Shown: positions 20,061 to 30,454, counted from the stretch's first letter. The stretch: DNA of 64,000 nucleotides from Halobacteriaceae archaeon (GCA_042216675.1 JBDGTS010000003.1:13227-77226), one strand, 5' to 3'. Numbers and translations are program-made. Notes: generated by a model from the letters alone, not told the origin.

Positions 20061-21415
20061 GTTCGAATGAGGACGGACCCGCCAGCGGCCGCGAAGTCGC
20101 CTACCGCCTGTTCGCGGCGGAGTTCGACGACGCCGACTTCAGTCACTCCGAGAGCGACGAGGAGCGAGCGCCGAACTACGTCGTCACGCCGACGGGGGCG
20201 CGCGTCAACCGCCTGTTCGCCGTCGGCGTCCTGACGGAAGTCGAGCAGGTGGGCGAGGACGTCCTCCGCGCCCGCGTCGTGGACCCGACGGGCGCGTTCG
20301 TCGTCTACGCGGGCCAGTATCAGCCGGACGCCATGGCGTTCCTCGACGACGCCACGACGCCCGCCTTCGTCGCGGTGACGGGGAAAGCCCGCACGTTCCA
20401 ACCGGAGGACAGCGACCGGGTGTTCACGTCGGTCCGGCCCGAGAGCGTGAGCGAAGTCGACGCGGAGACGCGCGACCGGTGGGTCGTCCACACGGCCGAG
20501 CAGACCCTCGACCGGGTCGCGACGATGGCGGACGCGCTTGACCGCCCGGAGCGCGGCGACGACCTGCGCGCCGTCCTCGACGACGCGGGCGTGCCGGAAG
20601 GACTCGCGGCGGGCGTCCCCCTCGCCATCGCCCACTACGACACGACGGAGGCGTATCTCGAAGCCCTCCGGACGCTCGCGCTCGACGCCGTCGAAGTCGT
20701 CACCGGTGACCGCGACGAGGCGGGCGAACTCGCACTCGCGCCCGACGAGGGCGGCGCCGCCGAAGCCGACCTCTCGTTCAGCGGACTGGGCGAGGCTTCC
20801 CCCACCGACCACGCGCCCGAGGCGGAGACGGCCGTCGAGAGCGCCGTCGAGGAGACGGACGCCGAGGCGGGGTCCTCGGGCACGGAGATGGAGAGCGAAC
20901 TCGAAGGCGAGCGCGCGGACGCGACTGCGGCCGAGACGGACGTCGAGGCCGGAGCCGAGGTAGAGGCCGGCCCCGAGTCCGGAACGGAGACCGAAACTGA
21001 CGAGGCTGAGTCCGAACCCGAGGAGTACGAACTTCCCGAGGAGGAACGCGAGGCCGTCATCGAGGAACACGGCGTCGAGTTCTCCACCGGAACCGAGGTG
21101 CCCGACGCGGGCGAGGCGGACATCGAGACGCCCGACGTCGAGGAGGTGGCCGAGGACGCCGAGGACGCGGGGGAGGACGCGGAGACGGCCGACGAGGCGG
21201 CCGACGCAGACGTCGCCGAGGAGGACCTGCAGGACCTCGTGGTCGAGTACATGACCGAGATGGGCGACGGCGGCGGCGTCCCGCGTGGGGACCTCGTCGC
21301 GGCGGTCACGGAGGACTACGACGTGAGCGCCGAGGCCGTCGAGGACGCCGTGCAGGACGCCCTGATGGCCGGCCAGTGCTACGAGTCAGGTGACGACGAA
21401 CTCACCCCAATCTGA
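20057..21415 (+). CDS. rpap1: RPA-associated protein
   Basis: REVAYRLFAAEF, ERAPNYVVTPTGARVNR, VYAGQYQP; long acidic linker and C-terminal winged-helix-like end; ATGA overlap. Confidence 0.88.
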   Translation: MSSNEDGPASGREVAYRLFAAEFDDADFSHSESDEERAPNYVVTPTGARVNRLFAVGVLTEVEQVGEDVLRARVVDPTGAFVVYAGQYQPDAMAFLDDATTPAFVAVTGKARTFQPEDSDRVFTSVRPESVSEVDAETRDRWVVHTAEQTLDRVATMADALDRPERGDDLRAVLDDAGVPEGLAAGVPLAIAHYDTTEAYLEALRTLALDAVEVVTGDRDEAGELALAPDEGGAAEADLSFSGLGEASPTDHAPEAETAVESAVEETDAEAGSSGTEMESELEGERADATAAETDVEAGAEVEAGPESGTETETDEAESEPEEYELPEEEREAVIEEHGVEFSTGTEVPDAGEADIETPDVEEVAEDAEDAGEDAETADEAADADVAEEDLQDLVVEYMTEMGDGGGVPRGDLVAAVTEDYDVSAEAVEDAVQDALMAGQCYESGDDELTPI

Positions 21416-21416
21416 C

Positions 21417-22154
21417 GTGGCGCGCGTCGACCCGGTTCCCGGTTCGCCCGCCGCCGTCGCCGACCTCGGCGCGGAGACGGCCCTCGTCGTCGCGGACTAC
21501 CACGCCGGCATCGAGCGGTCGCTCCGGTCGGAGGGCGTCGAACTCCCGTCGGCGGCCGACGAGCGACGCCGCGAACTCCTCTCGCTCGTCGCCGAGACGG
21601 GCGTCGACCGGGTGCTGTTCTTGGGGGACCTCGTCAGCACCATCGGGCAACCGAGCGGCGAGGAGCGCACGGAACTGACAACCCTCGTCGACGCGCTCCC
21701 GGTCCCGGCGACGCTCGTGCCCGGGAACCACGACGGCGAGGTGGGCGAAGCCGCTGCCGTCGAGGTGACCGACGCCGACGGCGTTCGCTACGGCGACGTG
21801 GCGTTCGCGCACGGCCACACGTGGCCCGACCCCGCCTTGCTCGACGCCGACGTGCTGTGCATCGGCCACGAGCATCCACAGGTCCGCCTCGAAGACGAGG
21901 TGGGAGGCCGCCGCGTCGAACGGGCGTGGCTCCGCGGACCGCTCTCGGCGGCCCCGTTCAGCGACCACTACGGGGAGTCCCTCTCGTCGGCCGCAGAACT
22001 GGTCGTCTTCCCGGCGTTCAACGAGCGCTGTGGCGGGTCGTGGGTCAACGTCGACGGACAGGGCTTCCTCGCACCGTTCCTGCCCGATGCGCTCCCTGCG
22101 GGGGAGGCCTACCTGCTCGACGGAACGCGGTTGGGTCCCTACGCCGAGGTGTGA
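21417..22154 (+). CDS. rpe: Calcineurin-like metallophosphoesterase
   Basis: ADYHAG, LGDL, GNHD, HGH, GHEHP motifs; follows rpap1. Confidence 0.88.
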   Translation: MARVDPVPGSPAAVADLGAETALVVADYHAGIERSLRSEGVELPSAADERRRELLSLVAETGVDRVLFLGDLVSTIGQPSGEERTELTTLVDALPVPATLVPGNHDGEVGEAAAVEVTDADGVRYGDVAFAHGHTWPDPALLDADVLCIGHEHPQVRLEDEVGGRRVERAWLRGPLSAAPFSDHYGESLSSAAELVVFPAFNERCGGSWVNVDGQGFLAPFLPDALPAGEAYLLDGTRLGPYAEV

Positions 22155-22155
22155 C

Positions 22156-23160
22156 CTACCAGCGGTGGTGGACGTACTCCTGTACGTGCGCCTCGTAGGC
22201 GTCCCGAACCGCGCCGTGTTCGCGGTGCGAGAGCGAGTCGAGGTCGGCCGCGGCGGCGTTCTCCCGGACGTGCTGTGGGTCCGTCGAGCCGGGAATCACC
22301 GTCGTCACGGCGTCGAAGTCGAGAATCCAGCGGAGCGTGTACTGCGCCATCGTCGCGTCCGCCGGGACGAGGGGGCGCATCTCCTCGACGACGCTGAGAC
22401 CGTCCGCGAACGGCGCGCCGGCGAACGTCTCTCCCCCCTTCGCGCCGACCCCAGCCTCGACGCCGTCTCGGACCGCGCGGCCGCGGTGGTCGTCCTCGGC
22501 GAACTCCGTCTCGGCGTCGAAGGCGTCCGCGAGGAGGCCCGAGGCGAGCGGGACGCGGACGACCACGCCCACGTCCTCCTCGGCCGCACGCTCGAAGAAG
22601 CGCTCGGCGGGGCGCTGACGGAGCGGATTGAAGATGATTTGGACGGACTGCACGCCGTCGTATTCGAGTGCCTTCAGCCCCTCCTCGACTTTCTCGACGC
22701 TGACGCCGTAGTTGCGAATCTTCCCCTCGGCTTCGAGCGCATCCAGCGCCGCGAACGTCTCGGGCTGATAGTACGTCTCGGTCGGCGGGCAGTGCAGTTG
22801 GAGCAAGTCGAGGCTGTCCATCCCCAGTCGCTCCCGGCTCTCGTCGACGAACGATTCGAGGTTCTCGCGGTTGTAGCGCTCGGCCTCGTGGGGCCGGAGT
22901 TGGCGCCCCGCCTTCGTGAGGACGTAGATTCGCTCGTCGGGGTCCGCCTCGGCCAGCACCTCGCGGATGAGGCGCTCCGCGCGCCCGCTCCCGTACACGT
23001 CGGCGGTGTCGACGAGGTTCATCCCCGCGTCGAGGGCGGCGCGAATGGACTCTTTGACCGCTTCGTCGCTCGCTTCGCCCCAACTCGGGCCGACGGTCCA
23101 CGTCCCAAGTCCGACTTCCGTCACGTCCCAGCCTGTCGCTCCCAAGGGTCGTCTGTCCAT
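22156..23160 (-). CDS. Aldo/keto reductase
   Basis: VGLGTW, DTADVYG.G.AE, LDLLQLH, GKIRNYGVS, VPLASGLL. Confidence 0.92.
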   Translation of the reverse strand: MDRRPLGATGWDVTEVGLGTWTVGPSWGEASDEAVKESIRAALDAGMNLVDTADVYGSGRAERLIREVLAEADPDERIYVLTKAGRQLRPHEAERYNRENLESFVDESRERLGMDSLDLLQLHCPPTETYYQPETFAALDALEAEGKIRNYGVSVEKVEEGLKALEYDGVQSVQIIFNPLRQRPAERFFERAAEEDVGVVVRVPLASGLLADAFDAETEFAEDDHRGRAVRDGVEAGVGAKGGETFAGAPFADGLSVVEEMRPLVPADATMAQYTLRWILDFDAVTTVIPGSTDPQHVRENAAAADLDSLSHREHGAVRDAYEAHVQEYVHHRW

Positions 23161-23245
23161 ACCCGTCGGTCGGCCGAGCGACCCTTAACCGTGGCCGTTC
23201 CGGCGAGGCGGTGGGCTTAATCGCCTCTGGCCCCTCTCCCCGACG

Positions 23246-26092
23246 ATGACAGCGGGGCGGCAGGCGACGGACGCGAGCGTCTTCGCTCGCTTCGGCGACG
23301 GGGTGCGGGCGGCGCTCTCCGAACGCGGCTTCGACGCGCCGACGGAGCCACAGCGTCGCGCCATCCCGCCCCTCGCCGACGGTCGGAACGCCCTCGTCGT
23401 GGCGCCGACCGGCACCGGCAAGACGGAGACGGCGATGCTCCCCGTCCTCGACGCTATCGCCGAACGCGACGACCAGTTCGGGATGCAGGCGCTCTACGTC
23501 ACGCCCCTCCGGGCGCTCAACCGCGACATGCGCCAGCGCCTCGACTGGTGGGGCGACGAACTCGGCCTCGACGTCGACGTGCGCCACGGCGACACGACCC
23601 AGTACCACCGCCAGAAGCAGGCCGAGGACCCCCCGGACGTGTTGGTGACGACGCCCGAGACGCTACAGGCGATGCTGACCGGGAAGAACCTCCGGACGGC
23701 CCTCGAAGACGTGAACCACGTCGTCGTCGACGAGGTGCACGAACTCGCGGCCGCCAAGCGCGGGGCGCAACTCACTGTCGGCCTCGAACGCCTGCGGGAA
23801 CTCGCCGGGCCGTTCCAGCGTATCGGCCTCTCGGCGACGGTGGGGGACCCCGAGGAGGTGGGCCAGTTCCTGACCGGCGGCCGCGACTGCGCCGTCGTCG
23901 AAGTCGACGCCGGCAGTCTCGTGGACTTCGAGGTGGTGCGCCCCGAAATCACCGACGCCGACGAGCGACTGGCCAGCGAACTCATGACGGACGCGGAGAT
24001 GGCCGCGCACGTCCGGGTCATCCGCGACGTGGTGGAGCGCCACGACTCGACGCTCATCTTCGTCAACACGCGCCAGACGGCCGAAGCGCTGGGCTCCCGC
24101 TTCAAGGAAGTCGGCGCCGATGTGGACGTTCACCACGGGTCGCTGTCCCGCGAGGCCCGCGTCGACGTCGAGGAGCGATTCAAGGACGGCGACCTCTCGG
24201 GTCTGCTCTGCACGTCCTCGATGGAACTCGGCATCGACATCGGGCGCGTGGACCACGTCGTACAGTACGGCAGTCCGCGCGAGGTGGCTCGCCTCCTCCA
24301 GCGAGTCGGCCGCGCCGGCCACCGGAGCGACCGGGTGTCCTCAGGCACGGTGGTCACCGGGTCCGCCGACGACACGTTCGAGGCGATCGCCATCGCCCGC
24401 CGGGCCGCCGAGGACGAGGTGGAACCCGCTGACATTCACGCTGGGAGCCTCGACGTGGTGGCGAATCAAGTCGTCGGCCTCGCGATGGACTTCGGGGACC
24501 TCTCGGCGCGCCGCGCGTACGAAATCGTCACCGCGGCCTATCCCTATCGGGCCCTCTCGGAGAGCGAGTTCCGCGAGGTGGTCCGCGAAATCGCGGGGAA
24601 CGGCCTCGTCTGGCTCGACGAGGACGCCGACAGAATCGAGAAGTCCGGCGGGACGTGGCAGTACTTCTACGCCAACCTCTCGATGATTCCCGACGAGGAG
24701 ACCTACGAGGTGCGGGACATGGCCGCCGGCGGGCAGGTGGGCACCCTCGACGAGCGATTCGTCCGCAACTTCGCGGAACCGGGCGCGTCGTTCGTCCAAC
24801 GCGGCGAGATGTGGCGCATCGCGGAAGTCGACGACGAGGAGACGACGGTGCGCGTGACGCCCATCGAGGACCCCTCCGGCGAGGTGCCGTCGTGGACCGG
24901 CCGCGAGATTCCGGTGCCACGCCCCGTGGCGGGCGAAGTCGGGGAACTCCGCGGCGTCGTCGGCGACCAACTCGACGCCGGTGCCGACCCGGACGCCGTC
25001 GCGCGGGACCTCACCGCGCGCTACCCCGCCGACGAGGCGACGGTGCGCTCGGCCGTCGAGCAGGTGGCCCGGCAAGTCGAGGCCGACGCGCCCGTACCCA
25101 CCGACGAGCGAATCGTGGTTGAGCGAGAGGCCCGCACCGTCGTCGTCAACGCGGCGCTGGGCCACCAGATAAACGAGACGCTCGGGCGCCTGCTCGCGGC
25201 GCTGCTGGGCCAGCGCACCGGCTCCTCGGTGGGGATGGAAACGGACCCGTACCGCATCGAACTCGACTTACCGACGGGCGTGGGCGCTCGCGAGGTGCGC
25301 GAGGTGCTGTCCGAGACGGACCCCGACCACGTCGAAGGCCTCATCGAGTTGAGCCTGAAGAACTCGGACTCGCTGAAGTTCACGCTCGCCCACGTCGCCG
25401 CGAAGTTCGGGGCGCTCAAGCGCTACCGGGGGTCCACTGGGCCGGGTATGTCCGGTGACCGACTGCTCGCGGCGCTGGAGGACACCCCGCCGTATCACGA
25501 GGCCGTTCGGGAGGTGATGCACGAGGAACTCGACGTCCCGGGGGCGGCGCGCGTCCTCGACGCCATCCAGTCCGGCGACTTGGAGCTGGTGACCCACGGC
25601 GGTCACACCGCCATCGGCACGGACGGCCGGTCGAGCGGACGGGAACTTCTCGCGCCCGCCGACGCGGACGCCAGCGTCGTGCAGGCCGTCGAGGAGCGCA
25701 TCCTCGACGACGACGTGCGCCTCGTCTGTCTCCACTGCGGCGACTACGACCGGGAGAAGCCGGTTCGTCGCGTCGCCGACCAGCCCGAATGCCCTCACTG
25801 CGGGTCGACGCGCATCGCCGCGCTCAGCCCGTGGGCCGAGGAGACGGTCAAGGCCGTCAACAGCCCGGACAAGGACGACGAGGAGCGCAAACTGACCGAG
25901 CGCGCCCACCGCAACGCGAGCATCGTCCAGAGCCACGGCAAGAAGGCCGTCATCGCCCTGCGGGGGCGGGGCGTCGGCCCGCAGAACGCTGCGCGCATCA
26001 TCAACAAGCACCGCGAGGACGAGGCCGACTTCTATCGGGACATCCTCGAACGGGAACGGGAGTACGCGCGGACGAAAGCGTTCTGGGACTAG
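23246..26092 (+). CDS. lhr: Lhr-family ATP-dependent DEAD/DEAH-box helicase
   Basis: APTGTGKT, TPLRALNRD, DEVH, GLSAT, HHGSLS, MELGIDIG, QRVGRAGH; C-terminal CxxC...CPHCGS. Confidence 0.94.
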   Translation: MTAGRQATDASVFARFGDGVRAALSERGFDAPTEPQRRAIPPLADGRNALVVAPTGTGKTETAMLPVLDAIAERDDQFGMQALYVTPLRALNRDMRQRLDWWGDELGLDVDVRHGDTTQYHRQKQAEDPPDVLVTTPETLQAMLTGKNLRTALEDVNHVVVDEVHELAAAKRGAQLTVGLERLRELAGPFQRIGLSATVGDPEEVGQFLTGGRDCAVVEVDAGSLVDFEVVRPEITDADERLASELMTDAEMAAHVRVIRDVVERHDSTLIFVNTRQTAEALGSRFKEVGADVDVHHGSLSREARVDVEERFKDGDLSGLLCTSSMELGIDIGRVDHVVQYGSPREVARLLQRVGRAGHRSDRVSSGTVVTGSADDTFEAIAIARRAAEDEVEPADIHAGSLDVVANQVVGLAMDFGDLSARRAYEIVTAAYPYRALSESEFREVVREIAGNGLVWLDEDADRIEKSGGTWQYFYANLSMIPDEETYEVRDMAAGGQVGTLDERFVRNFAEPGASFVQRGEMWRIAEVDDEETTVRVTPIEDPSGEVPSWTGREIPVPRPVAGEVGELRGVVGDQLDAGADPDAVARDLTARYPADEATVRSAVEQVARQVEADAPVPTDERIVVEREARTVVVNAALGHQINETLGRLLAALLGQRTGSSVGMETDPYRIELDLPTGVGAREVREVLSETDPDHVEGLIELSLKNSDSLKFTLAHVAAKFGALKRYRGSTGPGMSGDRLLAALEDTPPYHEAVREVMHEELDVPGAARVLDAIQSGDLELVTHGGHTAIGTDGRSSGRELLAPADADASVVQAVEERILDDDVRLVCLHCGDYDREKPVRRVADQPECPHCGSTRIAALSPWAEETVKAVNSPDKDDEERKLTERAHRNASIVQSHGKKAVIALRGRGVGPQNAARIINKHREDEADFYRDILEREREYARTKAFWD

Positions 26093-26216
26093 CGATATCC
26101 GAGCAGAGCGAGGATATCGGACTCGCGAGCGGGGAGCGTTGCGAGGCGCGAACGCAGTGAGCGCCTCGATAGTGCGAGCGGGGAGGAACGACCCGCGAGC
26201 AGAGCGACCCGCGAGC
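26093..26216. repeat. Cluster of short GA-loop hairpin repeats (REP-like), partly nested
   Basis: Perfect 8-bp inverted repeats CGATATCC/GGATATCG and CGAGGCGC/GCGCCTCG; direct repeats GCGAGCGGGGAG x2 and CGACCCGCGAGC x2. Confidence 0.8.
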
Positions 26217-26239
26217 GGCGGTAGTGGAAGAAGCGCCCG

Positions 26240-27310
26240 CTACTCGATGTCCACGGCTTCGCCCTCGCGCGCCGCCTCGTAGATGGCCTCGATGGCGCGC
26301 ATGTCGACGAGGCCGTGTTCGCCGTCGGGGTAGACGTCGTCGCCCGTGAGAATCCGGTCGGCGAAGTAGTCGAACTCCGCTTCCATCTGGTCGGGGTAGT
26401 CGTAGGTGATGTCGGCCGTCTGGCCGCCGCGGCGCACCGTCAGCGACCGGCTCACGTCCTCGGCGTAGGCGGGTTCGTAGCGGAGTTCGCCCTCCGTGCC
26501 GACGACGGAGAGGTGGCCGCTCCCGTATGCGTTCTGGCTCGTCGTGCACGTCGCGTAGACGCCGTCCTCGAAGGTGAGTTGGAAGCCCGCGCGCTCGTCG
26601 GGGATGCTCTCGAACTCGGGCGTCTCGGAATGCATCGCGGCCTGCGCGCGCACCGGGTCCCTATCGAGGACGAAGCGCGCCGTGTTCAGCGGGTAGATGC
26701 CGATGTCCGTCACCGACCCGCCCTCGCCCGCGAGGTCCGGGTTCAGGCGCCACTGGTCGGGGTCGGGAATCATCTCCAAGAGGCGCTGTGAGTTGTGCCC
26801 GTGGACGAAGACGGGGTCGCCGACGACGCCCGCCTGCACCGCCTCGCGCATCCGGCGGATGCCGGGGTCGGTGTGCATCCGGTAGGCAATCATCAGCGGC
26901 ACGTCCTCGGCGGCGGCGACGAGTCGCTCCGCGCGGTCCACGCTGGCCTCCATGGGCTTCTCGCAGAGGACGGCCTTGTCCAGTTCGGCGGCCGTCTCGA
27001 CGTACTGGAGGTGGAGCGCGTTCGGCGTGCAGACGTAGACGGCGTCGTACGCGTCGGCGGCGGTTCCGTCGTGGAACTCCTCGTAGGTGATGCCGGCCTC
27101 GGCCCCGCAGTCGTCGGCCACACGCTGGGCCTTCTCCGCGTCGGAACTCACGAGAACGGTCGTCTCGCAGAACTCCGAGTCCGCCACGGCGGGGATGGCG
27201 AAGTCCGTGACCCACCAGCCGACGCCGATCATCGCGAACCGCACGGTCCCCCCCTCGGCGCGTTGCCAGTCCCGGCGTGTGAACTCCCCGAGATACTGCT
27301 GTAGGTCCAT
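26240..27310 (-). CDS. gfo6: D-xylose 1-dehydrogenase-like Gfo/Idh/MocA oxidoreductase (Gfo6 type)
   Basis: F.RRDWQ N-terminus, [44 protein letters not shown]. Confidence 0.85.
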   Translation of the reverse strand: MDLQQYLGEFTRRDWQRAEGGTVRFAMIGVGWWVTDFAIPAVADSEFCETTVLVSSDAEKAQRVADDCGAEAGITYEEFHDGTAADAYDAVYVCTPNALHLQYVETAAELDKAVLCEKPMEASVDRAERLVAAAEDVPLMIAYRMHTDPGIRRMREAVQAGVVGDPVFVHGHNSQRLLEMIPDPDQWRLNPDLAGEGGSVTDIGIYPLNTARFVLDRDPVRAQAAMHSETPEFESIPDERAGFQLTFEDGVYATCTTSQNAYGSGHLSVVGTEGELRYEPAYAEDVSRSLTVRRGGQTADITYDYPDQMEAEFDYFADRILTGDDVYPDGEHGLVDMRAIEAIYEAAREGEAVDIE

Positions 27311-27352
27311 GCGAAATTGTTTACCTGACCCCGAGTTAACGATTGTGACTCG

Positions 27353-28447
27353 TCACCACGACGTGATGGTCACGTCGCGGAGGGGCGCGTCGAGGGGCAA
27401 CTCGACCTGACTGTCGGTGTAGTGCGAGATGTAGATGCCGGCGATGACTTCCAGCGACTTGCGGGCGGCCTCGCCCGGCGAGCGGTTCTCCGCCTCGCCG
27501 TCGAGCAGTTCGACGACGTGTTCCGCGGCGTTCGGGAACGCGGCCTCGTAGTCCTCGTCCCACGACCACCCGTCGGCGATTTTCGGATGGTCCGTCTCGA
27601 CGTGGGCGCCGTCGTCGAGGTCCCAGTAGCGCCACTCCTCGTCGTCGTTGTTGAGGTACAGTTTCCCCTCGCTCCCGACGAGGTTGAACGTCATCGAGGA
27701 CGCATCGCGGGGCACCGTGCAGTCGATGGTCGCGAACGTGCCGTCCTCCATCACGACCATCCCGCCGCCGCCGGCGTCGTCCACTCGCTGGTCGGCCGAG
27801 AGCGCGTCCACCGCCTCGTTCTCGCCGGTGACGTGGCCCGCGACGGTGGCGGGGTCGGTCTCCAGTAGATGCACCAACAGGTCGATGACGTGCGTGGCGT
27901 TGCGAAGCAGTTCCATCCGGAACTGGACCGCGGCCGAGCGCACGTCACCCAACACGTCGTCCTCGGCGACGGCCTCCCGGAGCGACACTACCTTGTCCGT
28001 GAACCGGAAGGAGTGGTTGACGAGCAGTTCGGCGCCCTCGTCGTCACAGACGTCGATCATCTCCTCGGCGTCCGTCACGGAGGACGCGATGGGCTTCTCA
28101 CACCAGACGACGTCGGGGTCGCCGACCGTCGCCGCGTCGACGACGTGGTCCGCGTGGAGGAGCGACGGCGTGCAGACGCTCACCACGTCGAGGTCCTCCT
28201 CCTCCAGCATCGACTCGTGGCCGTAGTAGCGCCGGTCCTCGGGAATCTCCCACGCGTCGCCGAACGTGTCGAGTTTGTCGCGGTCGATGTCGGCGACGGC
28301 GACCAGTTCGACGCCCTCCGCGGCCTCGTAGCCGCCGGCGTGACTCGCTCGCACCTTCTCGCGTCCGATCTGTTCCTCCTCGTGCATGCCGAGGATGCCC
28401 ATGCCAGCGATCCCGCCGGTGCCGATGATGCCCGCGCGATAGGTCAT
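27353..28447 (-). CDS. Gfo/Idh/MocA family oxidoreductase
   Basis: GIIGTGGIA, VSVCTPS..H, WCEKPI, NHSFRF. Confidence 0.9.
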   Translation of the reverse strand: MTYRAGIIGTGGIAGMGILGMHEEEQIGREKVRASHAGGYEAAEGVELVAVADIDRDKLDTFGDAWEIPEDRRYYGHESMLEEEDLDVVSVCTPSLLHADHVVDAATVGDPDVVWCEKPIASSVTDAEEMIDVCDDEGAELLVNHSFRFTDKVVSLREAVAEDDVLGDVRSAAVQFRMELLRNATHVIDLLVHLLETDPATVAGHVTGENEAVDALSADQRVDDAGGGGMVVMEDGTFATIDCTVPRDASSMTFNLVGSEGKLYLNNDDEEWRYWDLDDGAHVETDHPKIADGWSWDEDYEAAFPNAAEHVVELLDGEAENRSPGEAARKSLEVIAGIYISHYTDSQVELPLDAPLRDVTITSW

Positions 28448-28525
28448 ACGCCACCTCCGGCCACCGGCGGCATTAAACTGGCTCTTAGCCGCCGCGCTTA
28501 GGTACGTCCCCACCGACAGGCCGGT

Positions 28526-29941
28526 ATGTCGGACCCCTTCGTCGTCGTCGGCGGCGACGCCGCCGGACTCAGCGCCGCGAGCAAGTGCAAGCGCGAGGAC
28601 CCCGACCGCGAGGTGGTCGTCTTCGAACGCGGCGCGTGGGTCTCCTACGCCCACTGTGGGATGCCCTACTACGTCGGCGGCGACGTCGACCACATCAGCG
28701 ACCTCCTCTCGCTCTCGCCCGAGCAGGTGGCCGACCGCGGCATCGACCTGCGCCGTCACCACGAGGTGGTGGCCGTGGACACCGACGCCCGGACGGTCAC
28801 CGTCGAGGGGCCGAACAGCCGAATCGAACAGCCCTACGCCGACTTGCTCGTGGCGACCGGCGCTCGCGCCCGCGAGGACCACATCGGCGGCACGGACCTC
28901 GACGGCGCGTTTACGATGCACTCGATGGACGCCGCCGCGGCGGTCCGGGCCGCGCTCGACGACCCCGACGACGCGGCGGCCCCACTCGACGTGCCCTACG
29001 TCGACGAGGACCGAGTCGGGACGTACGCGGCGTGGGACCCGCCCGAAACTGTCGCCGTCGTCGGCGGGGGGTACGTCGGCGTCGAGATGGTCGAGGCGTT
29101 CGTCAATCGGGGCTGTGACACGCACCTGTTCCACCGCTACGAGCGACCGCTCCCGAACTTTCCGGACCCGGTTGGCGACGCGACGGCCGAGGCCCTCCGC
29201 GAGGCGGGTGCGACGCTCCACCTCGGCACCCCCGTGGACCGCCTCGTCGGCGACGAACGGGTGCGGGCCGTCGACCACGCCGAGGGCCGCTTCGACGTCG
29301 ACCTCGCCGTCGTCGGGGTCGGTATCGCGCCCAACGCGGAACTGGTCGCCGAAACGCCGGTCGAACTGGGCGACTCGGGCGCTATTGCCGTCGACGAGTA
29401 CGGCGAGACGTCGGTCGAGGGTGTCTACGCCGCCGGGGACTGCGCCGAGGACCGCCACGCCGTCACCGGTGCCTCGACGTGGGTGCCACTCGGCCTCACC
29501 GCGAACCGCGCGGGCCGCGCCGTCGGCGCGACGGTGGCCGGCGACCCGACCCCGGTGGGCGACGTGGCCGGCACGGCCGCCGTGAAGGCGTTCGACCTCG
29601 AAGGCGCCCGGACGGGCCTGTTCCCGGAGCAAGCGGCCGCGGCGGGCTTCGACCCGGTGATGGAGACGATAACGGCGGGGTCGCGGTCGGGCTACTACCC
29701 CGGCGCCGCGGAGACGACGGTTACCCTCGTCGCGGACCGCGAGACGGCGCAACTGCTCGGGGGCGCAATCGCCGGGACGGACCGCGCGGCTGTCCGCATC
29801 GACACGCTGGCGACGGCCATCGAGAGCGGCCTGACTGTCGGAGAAGTAGAGCGACTGGACCTCGCGTACGCGCCGCCCTTCAGTCCGGTGTGGGACCCGG
29901 TGCTGGTGGCGGCGAAGGTGCTGAACGGGGCCTTAGACTGA
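28526..29941 (+). CDS. FAD-dependent CoA-disulfide reductase/NADH oxidase family protein
   Basis: VGGDAAGLSAAS, single-Cys SYAHCGMPY, GGGYVGVE, AGDCAE, DLAYAPPFSPVWDP. Confidence 0.88.
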   Translation: MSDPFVVVGGDAAGLSAASKCKREDPDREVVVFERGAWVSYAHCGMPYYVGGDVDHISDLLSLSPEQVADRGIDLRRHHEVVAVDTDARTVTVEGPNSRIEQPYADLLVATGARAREDHIGGTDLDGAFTMHSMDAAAAVRAALDDPDDAAAPLDVPYVDEDRVGTYAAWDPPETVAVVGGGYVGVEMVEAFVNRGCDTHLFHRYERPLPNFPDPVGDATAEALREAGATLHLGTPVDRLVGDERVRAVDHAEGRFDVDLAVVGVGIAPNAELVAETPVELGDSGAIAVDEYGETSVEGVYAAGDCAEDRHAVTGASTWVPLGLTANRAGRAVGATVAGDPTPVGDVAGTAAVKAFDLEGARTGLFPEQAAAAGFDPVMETITAGSRSGYYPGAAETTVTLVADRETAQLLGGAIAGTDRAAVRIDTLATAIESGLTVGEVERLDLAYAPPFSPVWDPVLVAAKVLNGALD

Positions 29942-30454
29942 CTGGAGAATCTCCTCTCGCTCCGTCCCAGCGACCACCACCACCGGGAGGGTGCAGGTGT
30001 GTCGTCGGTCGAACAGCGTCACCGTCACGTTCACCCTCGGCGGTGCGTGTGGCTCCAACTGCGACGTGGCGAGGTCCCCCGACTTCCAGACGGTGACGTC
30101 GATGCTGTCGCCGTCCCAGCCCTGCACCGTGTAGTCCTCATCGTCCGGGTCGACGCGGGATTCGACCACGGCGCGGACGCGCGCCGTCCCGGCCGGCCCG
30201 CACTTCGTCCGTGCGTACTCGGCGAACGGGACGGTTCTCGTGTGCCCGGAGCGTGGGTCCGTCACTTGGACCGCGTCCTCCTCGGGCAGGTACTCCGCGT
30301 GTTCGGTGCTGACGGTACCGGCGTCGGCCGAGACGGGTGTGGCCGTGCCGTCCGGTGGCTCCCGGTTCAGCGAGTCGTCCGACCCGAGACAGCCAGCGGT
30401 CGTCGCGGCGAGAAGCAGGAGGGCAAGTGCGAGGGCGGGCCTGAGGTGGGACAC
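29933..30454 (-). CDS. Hypothetical lipoprotein
   Basis: Hydrophobic signal ending TAGC lipobox, acidic mature part; GTG start inferred. Confidence 0.6.
   Translation of the reverse strand: MSHLRPALALALLLLAATTAGCLGSDDSLNREPPDGTATPVSADAGTVSTEHAEYLPEEDAVQVTDPRSGHTRTVPFAEYARTKCGPAGTARVRAVVESRVDPDDEDYTVQGWDGDSIDVTVWKSGDLATSQLEPHAPPRVNVTVTLFDRRHTCTLPVVVVAGTEREEILQSV

Noticed and set aside
20800-21230. Repetitive GAG/GAC/GCC-rich stretch
   Set aside because: Low-complexity acidic linker within rpap1, not a DNA repeat element.
26093-26216. Possible CRISPR mini-array
   Set aside because: Repeats are only about 12 nt, irregularly spaced and nested, with no cas genes; reported as a hairpin repeat instead.
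27353-29752. 799-aa minus-strand ORF suggesting a large fusion to a Gfo dehydrogenase
   Set aside because: The first 435 codons are the antisense shadow of the CoA-disulfide reductase gene; the real start is 28447.
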